DNA of 64,000 nucleotides from Thermoplasmatota archaeon (GTDB lineage Archaea; Thermoplasmatota; JAKEGO01): NCBI GenBank assembly GCA_028279595.1, contig JANQNK010000001.1, positions 69,016 to 133,015 of the forward strand, read 5' to 3'. Shown piece by piece: positions 15,423 to 22,865 of this stretch (position 1 is its first letter; each line of letters starts with the position of its first letter). The notes under the pieces were generated by a model. It saw only the letters and a program-made list of their open reading frames with translations, ran no database searches and was not told where the DNA came from. The position numbers and the translations under genes were made by a program.

Positions 15423-18142
15423 GCCTTCTCTATAATCTCCTGAGCCTCGCCTTCAAGTTTATCCGCTAAGGGATCCTTACCTATGGAACGGTATAGTTCG
15501 ATAGCAATCTGGATAAGTTCCACACCCCGGGCAGGCTCATCAGCCGCAATATTCATTTGACCATACTGGTAGTTCGCCTCTGCGAGGAGAACAGGAATAT
15601 TCATACCGGTAATCTCATGAATCGTTGTCACAAATTGGTCTTCCGCCTCCTCCCAACGTTTTTCATTTGATAATACAACTGCAGATTCAATCCCAATGTA
15701 AGCTAATCCAACCCGATCCCCTAATTTTGTTAAGATTTCTTTTGATTGAGACAGGCAATCCCATGCAGCTTGAAAATCACCTCTTCTAGTCATCACATCT
15801 GAGCTATTGAACAACGCCCAAGCCTTCAATTTTGGATAACCACTATTTTCTGCTACGGTAATTGATTTTTTCCAATAGTCTAATGCCTCATCAAACAATT
15901 CAGCATTATAATGGACAGTTCCAAGATTATTGTAAACCCTTCCTAAGGCATAACTCATTCCCATATCAGAGAACGCTTGAATTGCTGTGTTATAAAGCTC
16001 TATTGCTCGTTCCATCTCTGTAATTCTAATATTATTTGCCATATCAACTAAGATCTCACTTTCAAGTAACGAATCATTTGCATTCTGTGCCAACTCAAGT
16101 GCCTTTTCAAAATATTCAGTAGCTTCTTCGGACTCACCATTCCGCCAATGGACCTGTCCAATACTTCGATAAGCATCGCCAAGTATAACTGAATCATCGA
16201 TCTTCTCGGATATTTCGACACTCGCTTTGAAGTGGTCCAAGGCATCCTTCCAATTGGCCCTTTCATAATCGATCTTTCCGAGGTTCTTCCAGGCAGACCC
16301 AAGGACCGGTTGATTATCAGTTCCAGCCCACTTGATCGCCTCTTGGTTCTTCTCTTCTGCGGTATCCCAATTGTTCAATCCCATCTCAATGTCGGCGATC
16401 AACAGGAGGAAATCTGCCCTGAGCTTCTTCGGGACGTCCGTCGTTTCAATGTCAAGTGTATTCTTGAGGTCTTCAAGATAACCGCGAAGGATGAGTTCCC
16501 TTCCTCTCTCGACAGCAAGGTCAGCAGCCCTTCCCGTCTCACCGCCGCTCTTGTAATGGTATATCGCCTCCAGGATCGGCTCCTCTCCTTCAGCTGACAG
16601 GAAATATCCGGCCGCATTCAGATGCTGTCCACGTATCTCTTCCTTCGGTATTGTAGATATCAGGAACTCCCGGATCAGGTCCGAGACCTTGTAACCAGAA
16701 TAGGTGATCTCCTGAACCAGGATATGATTGATCAATTCCTCCAGGATGTCGTATTCCGAGGTTGATTCGATGAATGCCTCTGGAAGGACCGGTCTTCTGA
16801 AGATCGCCAGCTTGGTGATGAACTCCCTCTCGGCCGGCTCCAGCTGTGAAAGGATCTCGCTCTGAATGAACCTTCGCAACTCACTGGGCTTGACCAGGTC
16901 GTGCGGATCTCGCATGAGCTCGATCGAGAGGGGATGACCTCCAGTCGCCTCGTAGATCCTACTGATGTCGGGGACCTGCAGGTCCTTTGCCTCGAGGAGC
17001 AACCTGGTGCTATCGAGGTCCAGCCCCATCAATCGCTGCTCCTGAACCCTGCCTGAGATTATGTCCTTTTGCGTATAGAATGCCGGGATGTTCCTCGTCA
17101 ATACGACGATGTTCGGGCCCCCGTATCTCTCAAAAACCTCCAGGAACAGGCTGAGAAGACCTCCCATCCGGTCCTCCGCCTTCTGCAGGTCGTCGAAGAT
17201 CAACAATCCTTCCATGTCCTGGAAGTCCTTGGAGACCAGCTCGAAGATGTCATAGAGGTCGATCGTGATGTGCTCCTCCTCCACCGAGGAGAGCCTCTTC
17301 TTCGACCTCATGTATCTCCGGAGGTTATCCTTTCCAAGCTTGTGCAGGAATTCCGTAAGTGGTGTGAGAACAGCACGATAGGTGTCCCACTCATGGAACT
17401 GGTAATAGTAGATGTTCATCTCTGGCGAATACTTCTCGATGAGCTTGTTGGCGAGCGAGCTCTTGCCGATACCCGCGATCCCCTGGACCACGACGACTCT
17501 ACATTCACCCTTGAGGTGAGTATCGATCGACTCGAGATCCTCCTCGCGGCCGAAGAAGTGCCTGGGAGCGGGCAAACCCTCGACATGAACGATGAAGGGC
17601 CGAGCCTCGTCCTCCTCCCTTCTCTTGGCGTCCTCGAGGAGCATGTCTACATTGATCTCATCCGCAGATGGGATATTGACGTCCCTGATCAGGTCCAGGG
17701 CAGTGATGTCCCCACCCACATGGGTCATGATCTCTTCGAGGGTCCCCGAGATCTTCTCCTTCTTGAAGGTCGCATCGTAGTCCATGTCCATGACCTGATC
17801 GAGCCTGGACCTGCCGAGCTCCAATCCCTTGTGGTTCAGGAAATAGACGTTCCGGCGCTTCTCAACACCGATGATATTCGCCTTCTTGGTTATCATGACG
17901 TCGAAGGTCTCGAACTCCTTCAGGGCCCTGGAGACGTGAGTCCACTTGATGCCCACAGCCTTCGCTATCCCTTCCTGAGTGACATCGATAGGCATGGATT
18001 CAATGATCGTGTCCAGGGACTCCCATTCATGCCCCATGTACCTCTCGGCGGAGTAGTCCATGAGATGGATCAGGATCTTGTCCTTCACCGTGATCATGTC
18101 CGCATGGGGCACGATCGGCCCCATCTCCTCCGCTTCCGCCAT
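15410..18142 (-). CDS. STAND NTPase: wHTH, NB-ARC-type ATPase, TPR array (STAND-2, paralog of STAND-1)
   Basis: wHTH VTQEGIAKAVGIKWTHVSRALKEF. Walker A GIAGIGKSS, Walker B LLIFDDLQ, TGGHPLSI, C-terminal TPRs. Start set to ATG 18142 (MAEAEEMGPIVPHADMITVKDKIL) because TTTAAATAAT lies 24 nt upstream and the N-terminus then aligns with STAND-1. The ORF track extends to 18229. Confidence 0.8.
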   Translation of the reverse strand: MAEAEEMGPIVPHADMITVKDKILIHLMDYSAERYMGHEWESLDTIIESMPIDVTQEGIAKAVGIKWTHVSRALKEFETFDVMITKKANIIGVEKRRNVYFLNHKGLELGRSRLDQVMDMDYDATFKKEKISGTLEEIMTHVGGDITALDLIRDVNIPSADEINVDMLLEDAKRREEDEARPFIVHVEGLPAPRHFFGREEDLESIDTHLKGECRVVVVQGIAGIGKSSLANKLIEKYSPEMNIYYYQFHEWDTYRAVLTPLTEFLHKLGKDNLRRYMRSKKRLSSVEEEHITIDLYDIFELVSKDFQDMEGLLIFDDLQKAEDRMGGLLSLFLEVFERYGGPNIVVLTRNIPAFYTQKDIISGRVQEQRLMGLDLDSTRLLLEAKDLQVPDISRIYEATGGHPLSIELMRDPHDLVKPSELRRFIQSEILSQLEPAEREFITKLAIFRRPVLPEAFIESTSEYDILEELINHILVQEITYSGYKVSDLIREFLISTIPKEEIRGQHLNAAGYFLSAEGEEPILEAIYHYKSGGETGRAADLAVERGRELILRGYLEDLKNTLDIETTDVPKKLRADFLLLIADIEMGLNNWDTAEEKNQEAIKWAGTDNQPVLGSAWKNLGKIDYERANWKDALDHFKASVEISEKIDDSVILGDAYRSIGQVHWRNGESEEATEYFEKALELAQNANDSLLESEILVDMANNIRITEMERAIELYNTAIQAFSDMGMSYALGRVYNNLGTVHYNAELFDEALDYWKKSITVAENSGYPKLKAWALFNSSDVMTRRGDFQAAWDCLSQSKEILTKLGDRVGLAYIGIESAVVLSNEKRWEEAEDQFVTTIHEITGMNIPVLLAEANYQYGQMNIAADEPARGVELIQIAIELYRSIGKDPLADKLEGEAQEIIEKAGLT

Positions 18143-18239
18143 ACCATATCCAGCATTCCCGCCAGTATTATTTAAACCCAATGCGGGGTCCAGGCATATC
18201 GATATATATCCGGTTGAAGATATTGTCATCCGGTGCGGG
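18143..18239. promoter_or_regulatory. bidirectional promoter spacer with two opposed TATA-like boxes
   Basis: attatttaaa at 18167-18176 serves the minus gene (24 nt to ATG 18142). atatatat at 18202-18209 serves the plus gene (about 30 nt to ATG 18240). Both imply leaderless transcripts. Confidence 0.55.
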
Positions 18240-18629
18240 ATGGAGAAGCGCTACAAGGATCACAGGATATACTCGTGTTTTGCCCTAAATTTCCTTGTGA
18301 GCGCCATCGGTATCAACCTTTACCAGGAAGAACTTGAGGAGCGGATCGACGACGTTCTTGAAGATACGGATGTCAAGGTCACCAAGGATGACATTCGGCA
18401 CGAGCTGCAGACGAATCACAAGATGACTAGCAGCGTGTTGGGCTACCTTGTCGAGGAAGGGCACATCACGATGGAGCTTGAGGGGAGATCGTACCGGATC
18501 AGGATCACCAGAAGCGGAATACTACACATTAGGGAGTTCAACAAGTTCTATAGCGCATTGTATTCGTCGCAGATCTTGGATCATTATCGGTTCAGAGGAT
18601 TGCCGAGCTGGTTTACTGATATTTCATAA
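18240..18629 (+). CDS. small putative winged-helix DNA-binding protein
   Basis: Internal ATG of ORF 18060..18629. VLGYLVEEGHITMELEGRSYRIRITRSGILHIREF resembles a wHTH recognition helix plus wing. Divergent from STAND-2 and upstream of the AAA+ ATPase. Confidence 0.5.
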   Translation: MEKRYKDHRIYSCFALNFLVSAIGINLYQEELEERIDDVLEDTDVKVTKDDIRHELQTNHKMTSSVLGYLVEEGHITMELEGRSYRIRITRSGILHIREFNKFYSALYSSQILDHYRFRGLPSWFTDIS

Positions 18630-18803
18630 TGATTGTTGATATACTTATTACAATGGAGTAACGCTAGAAATTAATCAAATCAATAATTATACTAATTCTT
18701 TGTTTTAATTCAGGCTATCGTATCCGATAACACATAATCATTAAATCCATTGTTGAATATTTATTTATATTCTAAACGGAGTCTACGTATGGGTGTTTAA
18801 AAA

Positions 18804-20402
18804 ATGGGAAGAATTGGACGTGTAAGTGAGGAGAAAATACTAAGTCTTCAAATGATTCTTTCTGAAGTTACCCGGGCTGATATTAAACCAAAGAAAGATA
18901 TTTTTTTCGTCGACCCGTACAATAACTTAAAGACTTTATCAACTCAAGCTAATCATGTCGTGTTTGGTCGCCGTGGATCTGGTAAAACGTTATTACTGTC
19001 TCAATTATTTCAAGAAAAACAAAAAAAATATCTCCCAGTTTCAATCGATTGTGAGCGGTGGAAGGAATTAACTTATCCTAATTTATTGCTAAAAATTCTC
19101 ATTGAAATATTCTCACAAATTCAAGATGAATATGAATCTAGTAAACCATCCATTATTTCCTTAAAAAAACGAAAGCGGAAACATCAACAATCGCAATTAA
19201 ATAATCTCCAAGCTGAGCTTGAGAAACGGCTCCTTGAAGCTGACGAAATTAAAGTAGATCGGCATGATGTCAAAACCGAAAAAAAACTGAGAGAATTTGA
19301 TGTCGGCCTTCAATCAAAAATCACAGGAAAAGTATCAAGGAAGAAAGCAGTTTCAGAAAAAGTCTCACGGCAATATCCGCAACACATTCTTAAAATTGAA
19401 TATCTAAATAACAATGTCGATAAATTTAGTGAAATTATATCACGTTCCGCTGAAGTTCTTCAGAAAGAATGCATTTTCCTTTTATTCGATGATTTCTACT
19501 ATATCTCAATTGATGACCAGTTTAGGATAAGCGACTTTTTACATAGAGTTTGTAAAAACACTAATATCTATTACAAATTAGCTACAATTCGACACCGCAC
19601 AACCCTATATCAAAGAAAAGCAGATAGCTACATTCAAGGAATTCAAGAAGGGGCTGATTTTATGCCTATCGATTTAGACTTTTCACTGGAAGAAGATATG
19701 GATCTCATGTTGGATTTTCTCAACGATATACTAGATCATTATTGCCAATTAACAGGAATCCATTATCCCGACTTATTTGTCGATGGTGACAATGGTGTTG
19801 GTCGCCTTATTTGGGCATCGGGTGGAGTACCACGGGATTTGTTACATATCTTTTTACAGTCATTGAAAATCATGAAACGAGATCACAAAAATCGAATTCA
19901 CAGAATTGGAAAAGACCAAATTAACGAGGCCGCATACGTATACTGCCGGAGGAATAAACTCGCAGAATTTCATACTGAGTTTGGAGATAATGAACAATTA
20001 CTATCCGCAAATAACGATCTCTTAGCCTACGTTGGATACTTAAAGCGTAAAACCGGATTCATTGTTAAAGAAACGAAGATACCAACGGAATTCCACAACA
20101 CGCTTAATATCCTTCAAGACTTGAGGTTAATTCATCTTTATGATAAAATGTTCTACTCAAAAACATATCACGACAATCCATATACTGCGTATATTCTTGA
20201 TATTGGACAATATAGCGAAATACTTCAAAGGCGAGGCCCAATAATTAAGGAATTTAATATATTACGGCATATGGATAAGTCAGGAGATAACGAATTGAGA
20301 TCTGACGCGCCCCCAGTTACTGCGGATATTATCGTTGGGATGTATGATAAGTATCTCCATGAAATCGGAATCGAACAGAAAGTGATCACAGAATTCTCCT
20401 AG
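18804..20402 (+). CDS. AAA+ ATPase, ORC/Cdc6- or Arch_ATPase-like
   Basis: Walker A VVFGRRGSGKTLLLSQL, Walker B IFLLFDDFYY, sensor-2-like WASGGVPRDLLHIF. A K/E/R-rich, probably coiled insertion lies between Walker A and B. TATA-like TATTTATTTATATTC about 30 nt upstream of the ATG. Confidence 0.7.
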   Translation: MGRIGRVSEEKILSLQMILSEVTRADIKPKKDIFFVDPYNNLKTLSTQANHVVFGRRGSGKTLLLSQLFQEKQKKYLPVSIDCERWKELTYPNLLLKILIEIFSQIQDEYESSKPSIISLKKRKRKHQQSQLNNLQAELEKRLLEADEIKVDRHDVKTEKKLREFDVGLQSKITGKVSRKKAVSEKVSRQYPQHILKIEYLNNNVDKFSEIISRSAEVLQKECIFLLFDDFYYISIDDQFRISDFLHRVCKNTNIYYKLATIRHRTTLYQRKADSYIQGIQEGADFMPIDLDFSLEEDMDLMLDFLNDILDHYCQLTGIHYPDLFVDGDNGVGRLIWASGGVPRDLLHIFLQSLKIMKRDHKNRIHRIGKDQINEAAYVYCRRNKLAEFHTEFGDNEQLLSANNDLLAYVGYLKRKTGFIVKETKIPTEFHNTLNILQDLRLIHLYDKMFYSKTYHDNPYTAYILDIGQYSEILQRRGPIIKEFNILRHMDKSGDNELRSDAPPVTADIIVGMYDKYLHEIGIEQKVITEFS

Positions 20403-20422
20403 GAATTGAAGAACTGATTAAT

Positions 20423-20701
20423 TCATGATATACCCATGATAAATGTGATAAACATAATTAATCCGCCTATTGTGACAACAATCTTGATAATTATCCAAGT
20501 CTTGATTGCACCCGCTTTAACTTGTTTAAATGTAATGGTTCTGTCCCAACTAAGGCTTGAATGACCGACCCCACCTCCAAGTTCCGACCCAAATCCAAAG
20601 TAATCAATATCTGTTAAAGAATCGCCGCTTCGGTTCAGGTCCAATGCCAAATAGTGATCATTTAACGGCAGTTCAACCTTCTGAGGTGATGAAGCATTCA
20701 T
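20423..20701 (-). CDS. small protein with C-terminal TM anchor
   Basis: 92 aa. C-terminal WIIIKIVVTIGGLIMFITFIMGI. Its start abuts the stop of the upstream 170-aa gene (shared base 20701). Confidence 0.45.
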   Translation of the reverse strand: MNASSPQKVELPLNDHYLALDLNRSGDSLTDIDYFGFGSELGGGVGHSSLSWDRTITFKQVKAGAIKTWIIIKIVVTIGGLIMFITFIMGIS

Positions 20702-21213
20702 TATACATCACTAGTGGCTTGGTTCGTTACCTGCTCGATATGTACTGGATTTATAGCTTCAAAAAACCATTGAGCATATAATCGGCCAATAAATATCGCA
20801 CGCAATCCCCTCATGAAATGATCCTTTGATAATCCATCAAAATATATCATATATCGAAACTGAATTTCTTCAATAATTAAATTCGGGTGGTTAATAATAA
20901 ATTCTGCTTGAAGGGGTAATAATTTCATTCTTAAATCGTGAATTATTCCCCATCGGTCCTGAGGGATGAGTGATCGAAATTGATCAGTCATATATTCATC
21001 AATTCTGAATGAGGTCACTAGTAACAACATGTCCTTTCTGTCCTTTGGATTCATGATAATACTCCAAAGATTAGAATCAGGCGGATGGTTAACTTTATAC
21101 TGGAAAATGGCTTCATCCACATTCATTCTTTCTAACTTCAAGTTCGTCTCTTTACACCAACGGTGAATAACCCTTCTTACATTTTTCTCACTGATGACCA
21201 ATTGATCACCCAA
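20701..21213 (-). CDS. hypothetical protein (possibly YbjN/DUF2299-like fold; unverified)
   Basis: 170 aa with a TTG start at 21213 as given in the track. No motif identified with certainty. Confidence 0.5.
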   Translation of the reverse strand: MGDQLVISEKNVRRVIHRWCKETNLKLERMNVDEAIFQYKVNHPPDSNLWSIIMNPKDRKDMLLLVTSFRIDEYMTDQFRSLIPQDRWGIIHDLRMKLLPLQAEFIINHPNLIIEEIQFRYMIYFDGLSKDHFMRGLRAIFIGRLYAQWFFEAINPVHIEQVTNQATSDV

Positions 21214-21288
21214 TGGGTTTTTTCAATTCTCTGTTTATAAAGGTAGTGTGGTTATTTGCACCCGACCTTTCTTTTCAAGTAGTACGAT

Positions 21289-22419
21289 TTATGGTCTTTG
21301 CCCGACTGCAGTTAGTGAGAGAGACGTGGTGCTAACACTTACTGTGTGATCATTCAATGAGCATTCGCCGCTGATATCAGCACCATATGCATAGGAAACC
21401 AGATCCCCCACCTCACCAAATGATATACTTGCTACTCTAGATACACAGAAGGTGCAACTAGCAATCACTCCTTGATAATCAAGTGTGTATGTTGCACAAC
21501 CTTCGATTGTTATTGACGTACAGGTTATAGTAAAGCATACATCAAGATTTATCGTATGACAGAATGTGCCAATCCTAATGGTTTTCTCTTCCCAAACAAT
21601 ATTCCACGGGATTTTAACTCGTCGACCGAGTATCTTTACTCGCTTGTAAATTACCTTAGGTACAGATATTTTTATTTTGATATCAACACAGAATTGGATT
21701 TCCATGGGAATACATTCAGAAATCGGATCCCCGCACAATGAATCTTCTAGATCGTTGACGTAATTCTCAACCCGATTCCCCAAGGAAGATCCATTTACTA
21801 GTACTTCCCCATAATGTTTCCTGGGGTTTGTTACTGCAATATTAACCACTTCTCCAGATTCAATCAAACTGGAAATCAGCCTATGGTTTGCTTTGGATTT
21901 AATTAATTCTGTCGACAGTCCATTGAGATTGGCTTCAGAAATTCTCAATCCCCCAGTCTTTAAGATATTCTGGAACTTAACTACGGTGGTTTTCCATTCT
22001 TTATTCAATTGGGAGATGCCTTGACGAGACCGTATCTTTTTCCTTCCATCCTGGAAAATGGTCTTAACTTCGTTATATCGGTAGATAACAAATGCAGTAT
22101 GAAGAATGTTCATGTATTCTTCAGGAGTAATCCCCATTTTTACAAATTGAGCAATTGTCTGCTTGCTATTGTAAATTGATCGAATTTTCTCTAGATCTTT
22201 TACAGTAAACCTCACATTTTTTATTGAGATTTTTTTATTCCTACCAACCTTAAGATCCTTCTCGGATGATGCCCACATTTGTGCGTCGTTATATACTTTA
22301 TTAAGTGAAGGAGAAGCGATAATCGGAGCACGAGTAGATATTCGCCCTCGATTTACAAAGGATGGAAGATTCCTGACATCTCTACAATTCAATCTCGGCA
22401 ATCGCGTTAATACTGGCAT
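21289..22419 (-). CDS. orphan protein with Cys-rich beta-type C-terminal half
   Basis: 376 aa. SD GAGGTGA 6 nt upstream of the ATG. The C-terminal ~160 aa have 10 Cys within alternating hydrophobic and polar strand-like segments (CVDIKIKISV, CFTITCTSITIEGCATYTL, CTFCVSRV). Confidence 0.6.
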   Translation of the reverse strand: MPVLTRLPRLNCRDVRNLPSFVNRGRISTRAPIIASPSLNKVYNDAQMWASSEKDLKVGRNKKISIKNVRFTVKDLEKIRSIYNSKQTIAQFVKMGITPEEYMNILHTAFVIYRYNEVKTIFQDGRKKIRSRQGISQLNKEWKTTVVKFQNILKTGGLRISEANLNGLSTELIKSKANHRLISSLIESGEVVNIAVTNPRKHYGEVLVNGSSLGNRVENYVNDLEDSLCGDPISECIPMEIQFCVDIKIKISVPKVIYKRVKILGRRVKIPWNIVWEEKTIRIGTFCHTINLDVCFTITCTSITIEGCATYTLDYQGVIASCTFCVSRVASISFGEVGDLVSYAYGADISGECSLNDHTVSVSTTSLSLTAVGQRP

Positions 22420-22552
22420 TTGGTCACCTCATTTAATAATAAAGAGTTATTTACTTAAAGGTTATCCATTAGATTATAACTCGGTTCATTACTTCAATCC
22501 ATTATTATTTAGGTGCAAAATGTGATAGAAATCAAGAGAATACTCGCTCTAC

Positions 22553-22768
22553 TTACCAATGAGCTTCCCGAATCTTCTTGACTTCCTTATAGATCATAAT
22601 GACACCGAATCCAACAATGAACATGAACCATAGACATAGGACCGTCCCAACAATTCCATATGCCAGGTAACATGCAAAGATCAGAATGACGTTCGCCAAT
22701 ATGAGAATGTGATTCTTCCATCGGACCAGCGATGGATGTGGTCCACCGAGCTTGTCGAGACCGAACAT
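22553..22768 (-). CDS. small two-TM membrane protein
   Basis: 71 aa. HILILANVILIFACYLAYGIVGTVLCLWFMFIVGFGVIMIY. Same strand and upstream of the 376-aa gene. Confidence 0.45.
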   Translation of the reverse strand: MFGLDKLGGPHPSLVRWKNHILILANVILIFACYLAYGIVGTVLCLWFMFIVGFGVIMIYKEVKKIREAHW

Positions 22769-22865
22769 CTAATTGAAAACAGGTGAACCGTAGTTAAGAC
22801 TTCACAACCAATTCAATTCCCTTCAATACATACACTTAAGAACTAGTACCGTCACGAGGGCCTCC

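Larger units (their letters stand above)
18630..22850. other. AT-rich accessory island of orphan genes
   Basis: Sharp drop in GC (by eye) between the wHTH gene and the DEAD-box helicase gene. All five ORFs inside lack housekeeping homology. No integrase or flanking repeats recognised. Confidence 0.6.

Noticed and set aside
21289-22419. Idea that the 376-aa beta-rich protein is a prokaryotic gasdermin partnered with the caspase-fold and STAND genes.
   Set aside because: Its size and N-terminus do not fit: there is no short N-terminal Cys-containing lipidation motif and no gasdermin-like pattern recognisable by eye. It is also 6 kb away on the other side of STAND-2. Only structure prediction could revive this idea.
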